DNA of 64,000 nucleotides from an uncultured bacterium (lineage in GTDB: Bacteria > UBA8481): assembly GCA_964499705.1 (NCBI GenBank), contig CAZCME010000011.1, forward strand, positions 1-64,000, written 5' to 3'. Below the pieces are notes generated by a model. The model saw nothing but the letters and a program-made list of their open reading frames with translations, made no database searches and had not been told where the DNA came from. Below, piece by piece: positions 1 through 9,567 of the stretch. How positions within the stretch are numbered: position 1 is the stretch's first letter; every line of letters starts with the position of its first letter. The translations under genes and the position numbers were made by a program.

Positions 1-33
1 TGGCAGGGCGAATTCGTGCAGAAGAAGAAATGA
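1..33 (+). CDS. 3' end of upstream gene (..WQGEFVQKKK*), possibly another CHASE2/class III adenylate cyclase
   Basis: Frame open from base 1 to TGA 31-33, overlapping ATG 30-32 (ATGA coupling); W-x-G-x(4-6)-K ending resembles C-termini of this cyclase family. Confidence 0.45.
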   Translation, partial: WQGEFVQKKK

Positions 34-3000
34 TCGCCGGATTCTCCAGGGAACGGATCGAGTATCTCCTCAAGAAACCACTCGTCCGCATCATGCTCCT
101 GACGATCCTCGTCTTCTCCCTGGTCGCGCTCCTGAACCTTCTCGGGCTTTTCAGCAGCAACGAATTCGTGCTTCTCGACGCGCGCTTCAAGACGAGGAAT
201 AAGATCCGCCCCGTTGAGGTCGATTCCTCGATTGTCACGATCGACTGGGACGAGGAATCCATCACGTCCCTCGGCCGCTGGCCATGGACCTGGAACCGCC
301 ATGCGGCGCTCTTCGAATTTCTGAAGCTCTACGACGCAAAACAGGCCGCGGTCGTGGACGATCAGTTTTCGACGATCGGAGAAGTATCGCTGCCGCGGGA
401 AGCCGCCGTCTCGCTTCATGACCAGATCGCCTCGACTCCCGGCGATTTCACGCCGCTTCTCCCCGACTACAACCAGCGCTTCGCCCGGCAGCTCCAGGAA
501 TTCGGTTCCGCCTTTCTCTGCGCCGACTTCTTCATTCCCGAGGAGGAAGGCTCCTTGACGGACGAGCAGCGCGCGGGCTGGATCGAACTGGTCCGCATCG
601 GACGCGACACGGACCGGCTCGATGCGATCAAGGCGACGGAGCGATACTCCCTGCGGGGATCCGCGTCGCTCATGACGCTCTCCGCCATCGACATGAAGCC
701 GCCGGTCCGGCTCCTCGGCGACCAGATCGCCGGGCTCGGATTCAACAGGATCATCCAGGATCCGGACGGCGTCATCCGCCAGACGCCCGCGGTCGTCAAT
801 TACGAGGGCCGGCTCTATTACACGCTCGCCATCGCCATGGCCGCCCACCGGTTCGGATGTCCGTTCGAGAAGATCCGGTTCGAGCCGGGAAAATACGTGG
901 AATTCGCGGGCACCTCCTATCCGGACGGTCGCCCCGTCCGCATTCCCGTGAACGACCGCGGCATGATGAGAATCAACTGGGCCGGACCCTACTACGGCCC
1001 CTTCCAGCACATGCCTTATATGGCACTTTCCGAGCAGATCGGCTTCATGAAGGCCAAGCGTGTCGTTTCGGGAATCCACATCACGGGGGCGAACCTGAGC
1101 GACGTGGAACAGACCGTCCTGGGAACGATCACATCCATGCGATTTTTCGATTCCCGCTTCAACGAGTACATCGCCCGCAACCTGATGTATGCCGCCGTGG
1201 CCGAGCAGTTCATCAAGAGCGGAGAAACATTCGAAAATTTCCTCGGATCCTATCTCGGCGGCAACGACGCGGACTCGGAAGGATGGGAGATCTGGAATTC
1301 CATCGCGATGAACAACCTGCTCGAAGTGGCGCTCGACAACGGAGAGACCGTCACCTACGCGCAACTGCTCGAAGCCGTCGGAGTCAAGGATACGCTCGTC
1401 TATCGCTTCAACTACGACCAGGCTTCCCATTTCCATTCCAAGGGGCTGCTCGCCGAGATGCACCCGCTCTACTTCCTCAAGCCCGTCTTCCGCACGATCG
1501 ATTCGCACACGGTCTATCCCGATCCGCTCCAGCTGAAAGGAAAGTCCGTCTTCATCGGCCTGACGGCGACCGCTCTGAACGCGCTGAACCCGACTCCCTA
1601 TGAGGACCGTTACATGATGCACGGCCAGCAGCCGAACGTTCTGAACACGATCCTGACCGGGCAATTCATCACCGATATCCCATCCTGGACCGTCTACATC
1701 TTCATCTTCGTCTACGCGCTCACCGTCGTCATCCTCGTGCTGTATCTTCCGACGATCGGACAGTTTCTCACCGCGTGCCTCCTGGGAGCCGTGCATATCG
1801 GCGCGTCCTGGTACTCCTTCGCCACGGGCGGCATCATCATCCCCATCGTCGCGCCCGTTATTTCCATCGTCGCCGCGTACAGCGGAACCGTGCTTTTCCG
1901 GTACATCGAGGAGCAGCGCGAGCGGAAGAAAGTCCGCGGACTCTTCTCCGCGATGGTCTCCCCCGACGTCCTGAAACTGATGGAGGATCACCCGGAGAAG
2001 ATCAGCCTGGCGGGCGAGAAGAAGGACGCGACGATGTTCTCCTCCGACGTCTCCGGATTCACGACGATTTCCGAAGGCGTCACGGCACAGGAACTCGCCG
2101 ACATCCTGAACATCTACCTCACGCCGATGTCGAATCTCGTCATGAAGTACGGGGGATACGTGGACAAGTACGAAGGCGACGCCATCAAGGCCTCGTTCGG
2201 AGTGCCGCTCCCGGACGAGGAGCATCCGTGGAAGGGAGCGTGTTCCGCGCTGGAGCAGCAGGAGGAATTGACCGCGATCGCGCGGATGCTGCTGCTGAAA
2301 TACGGCGTGAAGATCACGGCACGCATGGGCGTCAACACCGGCGTCGTCTCCGCGGGCAACATGGGATCCGAGAAGAAGATGCAATACACGGTGATGGGCG
2401 AGCAGGTGACTCTGGCGGAAGAGCTGGAGCCGATCAACAAGCTTTATGAGTCATGGATCGCGCTGGGGCCGGAGACGCAGAAGAGATCCGGCGGCATCGT
2501 CGAAACGCGCCATCTGGATACCGTCCTGATGGGACCTTCGAAGCATCATATCGATATCTACGAAGCGATGGGATGGGACCGCGATAAGTACATCGCCTAC
2601 TGGCGTGACAGGCCGGTTCCGCCGCTGTTCATCGAAGGCTGGAAGAAGATGTCGCCGGAGAAACTCCTCGGGTACGTCTACTACTTTGAGCGCAAGAACC
2701 TGCCGGATTCCCCCATCAAGAAGGAAGTCGAGCTCCTCATCTTCGGACTGACGGGCTTCGCGCTGGACGCGATGCATCACACCGACACGCTCCAGACGCT
2801 CCAGCTCCGCGACCAGGTCGCCGACCTGGAGGAACTGATCGCGAAGTACCGGCCGATGACGGCGGGCCAGCCTGTGCCGGCGTATCTCGTGCCGGAGCTC
2901 GAGACCGCGGACCGGAAGATCGCGGAATCGAAGGAGGAGTGGCAGGTTGTCATCTGGAAATGGAAGAAGCTGATCCGCGAGGCGACCGTGATCGGAGACC

Positions 3001-3536
3001 TCCTCTTCCAGAAGATTCCCGACGCCGAGCGCGACGAACTTCTCAAGCAGGTCGACACGCTCGACAAGCGCACGGAGTGCTATATCAAGCGCTGCTCCTT
3101 CCCGAAGCCCGACGACGACATCGCGTGGAAGCTGGCGGAACATCTGAAGAAGATCGTCGTCAACGTGTCGCCGGAATTCCTGAAGCAGAACCGCGACGGC
3201 CTGAAGACAAAGATCGCGGAGATGCAGAAGAAGATCACGGACGAGATGTCGTCGTTTCTCGCGACGCTGGCGGCGCCCGAGAGATCCCGTATGTATCACG
3301 AGTACATGGCCGACTTCTGTTTCACCCCGGAGAAGAAGAAGCAGGTCCGCGAAATCTTCAACCGGGGGCGCGCGCATTACCTGAAGCAGGAATGGGACTC
3401 CGCGGAGTCGGTCTTCCACGAAGGCCTGGAGGTCGATCCCGGAGACGGACCGTGCATCAAATACATCGAGCGCGTGCAGAAGTTCCGGAAGCACCCGCCG
3501 GCCGCGGACTGGGACGGAGCCTGGGAGGAGGAATAG
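30..3536 (+). CDS. CHASE2-domain membrane class III adenylate/guanylate cyclase-like protein with large insertions and TPR-like C-terminus
   Basis: GRWPW, DPDGVIR, INWAG CHASE2 motifs; 3 TM helices; FSSDVSGFT, DKYEGDAI, RMGVNTG cyclase motifs; PPAADWDG end. Confidence 0.9.
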   Translation: MIAGFSRERIEYLLKKPLVRIMLLTILVFSLVALLNLLGLFSSNEFVLLDARFKTRNKIRPVEVDSSIVTIDWDEESITSLGRWPWTWNRHAALFEFLKLYDAKQAAVVDDQFSTIGEVSLPREAAVSLHDQIASTPGDFTPLLPDYNQRFARQLQEFGSAFLCADFFIPEEEGSLTDEQRAGWIELVRIGRDTDRLDAIKATERYSLRGSASLMTLSAIDMKPPVRLLGDQIAGLGFNRIIQDPDGVIRQTPAVVNYEGRLYYTLAIAMAAHRFGCPFEKIRFEPGKYVEFAGTSYPDGRPVRIPVNDRGMMRINWAGPYYGPFQHMPYMALSEQIGFMKAKRVVSGIHITGANLSDVEQTVLGTITSMRFFDSRFNEYIARNLMYAAVAEQFIKSGETFENFLGSYLGGNDADSEGWEIWNSIAMNNLLEVALDNGETVTYAQLLEAVGVKDTLVYRFNYDQASHFHSKGLLAEMHPLYFLKPVFRTIDSHTVYPDPLQLKGKSVFIGLTATALNALNPTPYEDRYMMHGQQPNVLNTILTGQFITDIPSWTVYIFIFVYALTVVILVLYLPTIGQFLTACLLGAVHIGASWYSFATGGIIIPIVAPVISIVAAYSGTVLFRYIEEQRERKKVRGLFSAMVSPDVLKLMEDHPEKISLAGEKKDATMFSSDVSGFTTISEGVTAQELADILNIYLTPMSNLVMKYGGYVDKYEGDAIKASFGVPLPDEEHPWKGACSALEQQEELTAIARMLLLKYGVKITARMGVNTGVVSAGNMGSEKKMQYTVMGEQVTLAEELEPINKLYESWIALGPETQKRSGGIVETRHLDTVLMGPSKHHIDIYEAMGWDRDKYIAYWRDRPVPPLFIEGWKKMSPEKLLGYVYYFERKNLPDSPIKKEVELLIFGLTGFALDAMHHTDTLQTLQLRDQVADLEELIAKYRPMTAGQPVPAYLVPELETADRKIAESKEEWQVVIWKWKKLIREATVIGDLLFQKIPDAERDELLKQVDTLDKRTECYIKRCSFPKPDDDIAWKLAEHLKKIVVNVSPEFLKQNRDGLKTKIAEMQKKITDEMSSFLATLAAPERSRMYHEYMADFCFTPEKKKQVREIFNRGRAHYLKQEWDSAESVFHEGLEVDPGDGPCIKYIERVQKFRKHPPAADWDGAWEEE

Positions 3537-3541
3537 GGGAA

Positions 3542-3612
3542 AAGGATGAAGGATGAAGGATGAAGAAAACGGTCTTGCATTCCTCATACTTCATACTTCA
3601 TACTTCATCCTT
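3542..3612. repeat. Heptamer tandem-repeat inverted pair (AAGGATG)3 ... (CATACTT)n
   Basis: Left AAGGATG x3+AAG; right arm reverse complement AAGGATG AAGTATG x3. Confidence 0.85.
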
Positions 3613-3638
3613 ATTTTCTGATCAGGAGGCAACACACC

Positions 3639-4949
3639 ATGTTCGATACCAAGAAGCTCGCTGCGGCTGCGGAACGGGAGCGCGAGAATTGCGCCCGGTT
3701 TCTCCGCGACATCTGCCGGATTCCCGCCACGTCCAACCAGGAAGGCCCCGTCGTGGAACGCGTCAAACAAGAAATGAAGAAGGTCGGCTTCGACGAGATC
3801 CGGATCGACGGTTACGGCAACATTCTCGGCCGCATCGGAAACGGCAAGCGCGTCATCGCTTTCGATTCGCACCTGGACACGGTGGGCGTGGGGGACCGCG
3901 CGGAGTGGAAGCACGATCCCCACGTGGGCAAGCGCGTCACGATGGACATGAGCAAGTATTCCGATGCTCTTCCCGCGGATGCGACCTCCAAGGGCCCGCG
4001 CGACGTCATCTGGGCGCGCGGCGCCTCCGATCAGCGAGGCGGCATCGCGGCGATGGTCTATGCGGGCAAGCTCATCAAGCAGCTCGGCCTCGCCGCCGAC
4101 TGCACGATCTGGATGGTCGGCTCCATCTGCGAGGAAGACTCCGACGGCATCGCCTGGCTGTACATCCTGAAGAAGAAGGTTATCAATCCCGAGGTCGTCG
4201 TCGTTTCCGAACCCACCAATCTCAATATCTACCGCGGACATCGCGGGCGAATGGAGATCAAGGCGAAGATCACGGGCGTCTCCTGCCACGCATCCGCGCC
4301 GGAACGCGGCGTCAATCCCGTCTATCGCGCCGTTCCGTTCATCAAGGAGATCGAGAAGCTGCACACGCAGTTGAAGGGCGACAAGTTCCTCGGCAAGGGA
4401 ACGATCGCGGTGACGAAGATCCAGGAGGAGACACCGTCGCAATGCGCGGTGCCGGCTTCCGTGGAACTGCATCTCGACAGGCGGCTGGAAGTGACGGCCT
4501 CCAAGGAATCGGCCGTCGCGGAAGTGAAGGCCGCCATGAAGCGCGCCGGCATCAAGGACGGCAAGGTCTGGGTGCCCGTGTACAAGGTTCCATCGTGGAA
4601 AGGCACCGTCTTCCCGATGGAGAATTACTATCCCGGCTGGTGCCTGGAACCGGATCACTCGCTCGTGAAGATATCCGAGGAGACGCACAAGGCCGCCTTC
4701 AACAACAAGAAGGGCAAGGTCTCGCGATGGGTCTTCTCCACGAACGCCACGACCATCACCGGCATCTGCGGCGTTCCGGCGATCGGTTTCGGGCCGGGCG
4801 CGGAAGATAATGCGCACATGGCGATCGAGCACATGGCGGTCGACCACCTCATCGCCGCGATGAAATTCTACGCGGCGTTTCCGACGAAATACTCCGAGGC
4901 GGGCGGATTAAAGCCTGCCGACCGCAAGTATAAACCGAAGAGAAAGTAA
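3639..4949 (+). CDS. ygeY: YgeY-family M20 metallo-amidohydrolase
   Basis: DSHLDTVG, RGASDQRGG, EEDSDG, SEPT, RGHRGRMEI, FSTN motifs; SD AGGAGG; adjacent to ygeW. Confidence 0.88.
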   Translation: MFDTKKLAAAAERERENCARFLRDICRIPATSNQEGPVVERVKQEMKKVGFDEIRIDGYGNILGRIGNGKRVIAFDSHLDTVGVGDRAEWKHDPHVGKRVTMDMSKYSDALPADATSKGPRDVIWARGASDQRGGIAAMVYAGKLIKQLGLAADCTIWMVGSICEEDSDGIAWLYILKKKVINPEVVVVSEPTNLNIYRGHRGRMEIKAKITGVSCHASAPERGVNPVYRAVPFIKEIEKLHTQLKGDKFLGKGTIAVTKIQEETPSQCAVPASVELHLDRRLEVTASKESAVAEVKAAMKRAGIKDGKVWVPVYKVPSWKGTVFPMENYYPGWCLEPDHSLVKISEETHKAAFNNKKGKVSRWVFSTNATTITGICGVPAIGFGPGAEDNAHMAIEHMAVDHLIAAMKFYAAFPTKYSEAGGLKPADRKYKPKRK

Positions 4950-4960
4950 GGAGACCACTC

Positions 4961-6151
4961 ATGAGCAAACACTGCAAGAAGCTTTCCCATCTTGAAGACC
5001 TGGAATCGAATCTCTATGGCAGCGATTTTCTCCTGACGTCCGAGAAGACGAACGCGGAACTGGAGCTCGTGCTGGGGGCCGCCGACATGCTGAAGGCGAT
5101 GCACCAGCAGAATATCTCCAGCCGCGTCTTCGACACCGGCCTGGCCATCTCCATTTTCCGCGACCAGTCCACCCGCACCCGCTTCTCGTTCGCGTCGGCG
5201 ACGAGCCTGCTCGGGCTTGCCCACCAGGAATTCGAGGAAGGCAAATCGCAGGTCGCTCACGGCGAAACGGTCCGCGAGACGGCGAACATGATCTCCTTCC
5301 TTTCGGAGACCATCGGCATCCGCGACGACATGTTCATCGGCAAGGGAAACACCTACATGCGCGAAGTCGGCGCCGCCATGGATGACGGTTTCCGTAACGG
5401 CGTCCTCCACCAGCGCCCCGCGATCGTCAATCTCCAGTGCGACATCGATCATCCGACGCAGGCGATGGCCGACCTGGCCGCGCTGAAAGCTCATTTCGGC
5501 GGCTCCCTCGAAAATCTCCGCGGCAAGAAGATCGCCATGACATGGGCATACTCACCTTCCTACGGAAAGCCGCTCTCCGTCCCGCAGGGCATCATCACCC
5601 TGATGACCCGCTACGGCATGGATGTGTCTCTCGCCTATCCGAAGGGCTACGATCTGCTCCCCGATACGATCGAGGTCTCCAAGAAGCACGCGAAAGCGTC
5701 CGGCGGAAAGTTCTCCATCTCCAATTCGATGGAGGACGCCTTCAAGGACGCCGACATCGTCTACCCGAAATCGTGGGCGCCTTTTGCCGCGATGGAGAAG
5801 CGCACGAAGCTCGTGGAGACCCACGACCAGGACGGCATCAAGACCCTGGAAAAGGAGCTGCTGGCGAATAACGCCAAGTTCAAGAGCTGGGAATGCGACG
5901 AGAAGAAGATGAAGCTGACGAAGAAGGGCGAGGCTCTGTACATGCACTGCCTCCCCGCCGACATCACCGACGTCTCCTGCAAGGAAGGCGAAGTGAGCGC
6001 GAAGGTCTTCGAGAAATACCGGATCCCGACGTACATCGAGGCGAGCTACAAGCCGTTCGTCATCGCGGCGATGATCCTGACCTCGCGCTTCCGCGACCCC
6101 ATCGGAGTGCTGGACCGACTGCAGAGGCAGGGCACGCGCCGGAGGTATTAG
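4961..6151 (+). CDS. ygeW: Knotted carbamoyltransferase YgeW
   Basis: FRDQSTRTRFS, NLQCDIDHPTQ, WAYSPSYGKPLSVPQG, YMHCLPAD. Confidence 0.93.
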   Translation: MSKHCKKLSHLEDLESNLYGSDFLLTSEKTNAELELVLGAADMLKAMHQQNISSRVFDTGLAISIFRDQSTRTRFSFASATSLLGLAHQEFEEGKSQVAHGETVRETANMISFLSETIGIRDDMFIGKGNTYMREVGAAMDDGFRNGVLHQRPAIVNLQCDIDHPTQAMADLAALKAHFGGSLENLRGKKIAMTWAYSPSYGKPLSVPQGIITLMTRYGMDVSLAYPKGYDLLPDTIEVSKKHAKASGGKFSISNSMEDAFKDADIVYPKSWAPFAAMEKRTKLVETHDQDGIKTLEKELLANNAKFKSWECDEKKMKLTKKGEALYMHCLPADITDVSCKEGEVSAKVFEKYRIPTYIEASYKPFVIAAMILTSRFRDPIGVLDRLQRQGTRRRY

Positions 6152-6152
6152 A

Positions 6153-6263
6153 GGGGACATTCTCCAACATTCCAACATTGGGAATAATGGAGTTGCAAAA
6201 AGAGAGCGCCGTATTTCTTGTAAGTCGATTGTTCCCAATGTTGGAATGTTGGAGAATGTCCCC
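6153..6263. repeat. 111-bp palindromic MITE/REP-like element, copy 1 (GGGGACATTCTCCAACATT...)
   Basis: 36-bp arms with 1 mismatch (first 32 perfect); second copy at 37853-37952. Confidence 0.9.
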
Positions 6264-7370
6264 ATGAGAAGCTGGCTTCATCCGTCGCAGATCGGCCAGG
6301 ATCCTGCGTTTCAGGACCACCTGGACGCGCAGGCCGTCACGGGTATCAAGCTCCTCGGTGCGCTCCTTGTCTCGCTGGCGATCTTCGCGCAGGTTATTCT
6401 CAGGACGCTCTACCTCGCCGAGACCGTCAAGACGGTCGAAGGCATGCTGTTGTCGTTCCGATTCCTCATCCTCGGGCTCTTTCTCCTAGGCTCCCTGCGT
6501 CTTCCCATTCTCCACCGCATCGCCCGTCCGCTCCTCTTCACGATCATGTGCATTCTCCTCGCCGACACGATCCACCTGCAGATCAAGCTCCTCGTGGTTC
6601 ACCGGGCTCAGCTCGGGCTCTTCATTTCGGCGCTCCTCTTCATCGCCTTCACCTTCCTCCCCTACCGGCCCTGGGTCGTCGGCGTCTTCGGCCTCTACGG
6701 AGTCGCGACGATTCTCGTGGTCGCCTCCCGAATCGGGCGCGAGATCAATCCGTACGCCGACACCGGAGTCTTCTGGTTCGGGGCGCAGTTCCTGTCGCTC
6801 GCGATGATCACGCTCTTCTTTCGCGCCGCGAATCTCAACATGCAGATCAGCATGCATTCCATGAAGGAGGACATGGAGGACATCAAGAGCATTCTCTCCC
6901 GCGCGGAGAGCCAGAAGGTCGAGTTCAAATCCTCCTTTCGGTATGACTACAAGCAGAAGCTGGCCAACACGGAAATATCATCCGCCGTCATCAAGGCGAT
7001 CGCGGGCTTCCTGAACACCGACGGCGGCACGCTCATCCTCGGCGTGGACGACAACGGCCGGCCCGTCGGCCTCGAAAAAGACTACCTGACCCTCAAGAAG
7101 AAGAGCGCGGACGGTTACGAAATGTCCATCATCCAGGCGGTCTCGGAGGCCTGCGGAGCCGACGTCTGCCAGAATCTCCGATTTTCCTTTCTCCAGCTGG
7201 AGGGCAAGGACGTGTGCATCGTCCGGATCCGCTCCTCGTCCAAGCCGGTCTACGTCGAGCTCCGCGACCAATCCGTCTTTCACATAAGGACCGGGAATTC
7301 CACGCAGGGGCTGGACACGAAACGCGCCGTCGAATACATCCAGTCGCACTGGAAGAAGGGGCGGGCCTGA
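6264..7370 (+). CDS. Multi-TM protein with C-terminal Schlafen/AlbA_2 domain
   Basis: 5-6 hydrophobic helices then [35 protein letters not shown]. Confidence 0.85.
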   Translation: MRSWLHPSQIGQDPAFQDHLDAQAVTGIKLLGALLVSLAIFAQVILRTLYLAETVKTVEGMLLSFRFLILGLFLLGSLRLPILHRIARPLLFTIMCILLADTIHLQIKLLVVHRAQLGLFISALLFIAFTFLPYRPWVVGVFGLYGVATILVVASRIGREINPYADTGVFWFGAQFLSLAMITLFFRAANLNMQISMHSMKEDMEDIKSILSRAESQKVEFKSSFRYDYKQKLANTEISSAVIKAIAGFLNTDGGTLILGVDDNGRPVGLEKDYLTLKKKSADGYEMSIIQAVSEACGADVCQNLRFSFLQLEGKDVCIVRIRSSSKPVYVELRDQSVFHIRTGNSTQGLDTKRAVEYIQSHWKKGRA

Positions 7371-7434
7371 TCCTCGCGGGATTCCCCTCCATCAAACGGT
7401 TGGTGATTGGAGCCTCTCTGAGTATGATAGTCGC

Positions 7435-8163
7435 ATGAATCCGAATCCCGCAGAGCTCGACGGGCTGGCTTCCGAGTACGCAGGCCGCCACCCGCGCGAC
7501 ATTCTCAGCATGGTGTTTTCCCGCTTCGATTCGATCGCCGTTTCCTTCAGCGGAGCCGAGGATGTCGTCCTTGTGGACATGGCCACCAGGCTGAAGCCGG
7601 ATCTCCAGGTCTTCTCCCTCGATACCGGCAGGCTGCATCCGGAAACCTACCGCTTTCTCGACGCCGTTCGCGAACGCTATGGGATCGCGATCGAGTGCCT
7701 GTTTCCGGATGCCGCGGCCGTCGAGAAGATGGTTCGCGAGAAAGGCCTTTTCAGTTTCTACAAGGACGGCCATGTCGAATGCTGCTCCATCCGCAAGGTC
7801 GCGCCGCTCGCACGAAAGCTTTCGATATTGGACGCCTGGATCACGGGTCAGAGGCGCGACCAGAGCCCGGACACGCGTAACAACGTGCCTGTCATCCAGA
7901 AGGACAGCGCTTTCTCAACGGACGCGCACCCGGTCGTCAAGATCAATCCTCTCGCGTTCTGGACATCCGCACAGGTGTGGGCTTATATCCGCGAGAACGA
8001 TGTGCCCTTTAACGAGCTGCATGCGCGGGGATTCGTGAGCATCGGGTGCGAGCCGTGCACGCGGGCGATCCTACCGGGTCAGCACGAACGGGAGGGCCGC
8101 TGGTGGTGGGAGGAAGCGACGCGCAAGGAATGCGGCCTTCATTCCGGTCCCGCGCCTAAATAG
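7435..8163 (+). CDS. cysH: (Phospho)adenylyl-sulfate reductase, Fe-S (APS reductase) type
   Basis: [45 protein letters not shown]. Confidence 0.93.
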   Translation: MNPNPAELDGLASEYAGRHPRDILSMVFSRFDSIAVSFSGAEDVVLVDMATRLKPDLQVFSLDTGRLHPETYRFLDAVRERYGIAIECLFPDAAAVEKMVREKGLFSFYKDGHVECCSIRKVAPLARKLSILDAWITGQRRDQSPDTRNNVPVIQKDSAFSTDAHPVVKINPLAFWTSAQVWAYIRENDVPFNELHARGFVSIGCEPCTRAILPGQHEREGRWWWEEATRKECGLHSGPAPK

Positions 8164-8165
8164 CG

Positions 8166-8501
8166 ATGCGCATCACGCTCGTGAAGAAAATCCTCACGGA
8201 CGGATCGCCCTGCCGCAAATGCGGCGAGGTCGTCGCGCGGCTCGAAGAATCCGGAATGATGCGGCGGATCGACCGGGTCGTGATCGCCGACGAACGCGAC
8301 CCGTCCAGCGAAGGCATGATGCTCGCGGCGCGGCTGGGAGTGAAGCAAGCCCCCTTCTTCGTCGTCGAGTCGCAAGGTGCCGAAGTCGTGTACGAAACTT
8401 ACATGCGCTTTTTGCGCGAGGTGCTGGAAAAGCCCGTCACGGCCGTGGACGAAGCGAAGGAAATTCTCGAACGCCATTCGTCGGACCTGGATTTCCTGTG
8501 A
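8166..8501 (+). CDS. Small thioredoxin/glutaredoxin-like protein
   Basis: SPCRKC CxxC motif and APFF cis-Pro-like motif; between cysH and cysC. Confidence 0.65.
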   Translation: MRITLVKKILTDGSPCRKCGEVVARLEESGMMRRIDRVVIADERDPSSEGMMLAARLGVKQAPFFVVESQGAEVVYETYMRFLREVLEKPVTAVDEAKEILERHSSDLDFL

Positions 8502-9094
8502 TCTCGGCTGACGATCCAGGCGTGCTCCGCAGTGGAGTCCTCGGCCAGAAGGGAAGCACCGTCTGGCTGACGGGTTTTTCAGGCGCGGGCAAATCAACCA
8601 TTGCGCGGGAACTCGAAAGGCAGCTCCTCGCCCGCCGCAAGATTGCGTACGTGCTGGACGGAGACAACATCCGCAAGGGACTCAACCGCGACCTCGGATT
8701 CTCGCCCCGGGACCGGGAGGAGAACATACGCCGGATCGGCGAAGTGGCACGGCTCTTCGCGGATACCGAGATCATCGCCATTATAGCTTTCATCTCCCCT
8801 TATCGCGCCGACCGGGACCGGGCGCGCGCGCTGCACGACGAAGGATCGTTCTTCGAGATCCACGTCGACTGCCCGCTCCAGGTCTGCGAAGCGCGCGACA
8901 CCAAGGGGCTTTACGCGCGCGCAAGACGGGGTGAAGTGGCGGATTTCACCGGGATTTCTGCGCCATATGAGGCTCCCGAAAGCCCGGAACTTCGACTCGA
9001 TACTTCGGTATCTTCCCTGCCGGATTGCGTTGCCGCAATCCTAGCCCTGCTCAATTCAAACGGCCGCCTTCAAGGTTGGACCGCCCCCTCATGA
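8498..9094 (+). CDS. cysC: Adenylyl-sulfate kinase
   Basis: WLTGFSGAGKSTIA, LDGDNIR, ISPY, FTGISAPYE; GTG start overlapping upstream stop (start inferred). Confidence 0.92.
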   Translation: MISADDPGVLRSGVLGQKGSTVWLTGFSGAGKSTIARELERQLLARRKIAYVLDGDNIRKGLNRDLGFSPRDREENIRRIGEVARLFADTEIIAIIAFISPYRADRDRARALHDEGSFFEIHVDCPLQVCEARDTKGLYARARRGEVADFTGISAPYEAPESPELRLDTSVSSLPDCVAAILALLNSNGRLQGWTAPS

Positions 9095-9197
9095 CCCGAA
9101 TGTCATCCCAGGCTCGGTCCATGATGCCACATTGTCTCCCTCGTATCTCCATCAAGCTCTAACTCTCGAAATCCCACGGACCCATTACCTCCGGTTT

Positions 9198-9213
9198 CCG
9201 GCACGCGAATTGA
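9198..9213 (+). promoter_or_regulatory. Possible sigma54-like promoter of groESL (CCGGCACGCGAATTGA)
   Basis: GGCACG at -24 with TTGA rather than TTGC at -12; no CIRCE seen. Confidence 0.3.
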
Positions 9214-9267
9214 TTAAAACACCCTTGGAAATTCTCTAGCCGCAAAGGCATGAAAGGAGTTTGGTAG

Positions 9268-9558
9268 ATGGCAAAAGTACGTCCACTGAACGATCGGGTT
9301 CTCGTCCAACGAGTCGAGCCCGAAGAAAAGAAAAAAGGCGGAATCATCATTCCCGATTCAGCCAAGGAAAAGCCCCAGGAGGGCAAGGTAGTCGAGTGCG
9401 GACCGGGCAAGACCAATGATGACGGGAAGCGCACCGCTCTGCAGGTCAAGAAGGGCGACAAGATTCTGTTCGGAAAATATTCCGGTACGGAAGTGAAGAT
9501 CGACGACGAGGACTACATCATCATGCGTGAGGATGACATCCTCGCAGTACTGGAGTAG
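9268..9558 (+). CDS. groES: Co-chaperonin GroES
   Basis: [29 protein letters not shown]. Confidence 0.98.
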   Translation: MAKVRPLNDRVLVQRVEPEEKKKGGIIIPDSAKEKPQEGKVVECGPGKTNDDGKRTALQVKKGDKILFGKYSGTEVKIDDEDYIIMREDDILAVLE

Positions 9559-9567
9559 GAGGAAACG

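Noticed and set aside
6153-6263. Integron attC site
   Set aside because: CCAAC/GTTGG ends do not fit RYYYAAC/GTTRRRY, arms lack the typical extrahelical bases, and there is no cassette array or integrase
9095-9267. CIRCE element upstream of groES
   Set aside because: TTAGCACTC-N9-GAGTGCTAA not found
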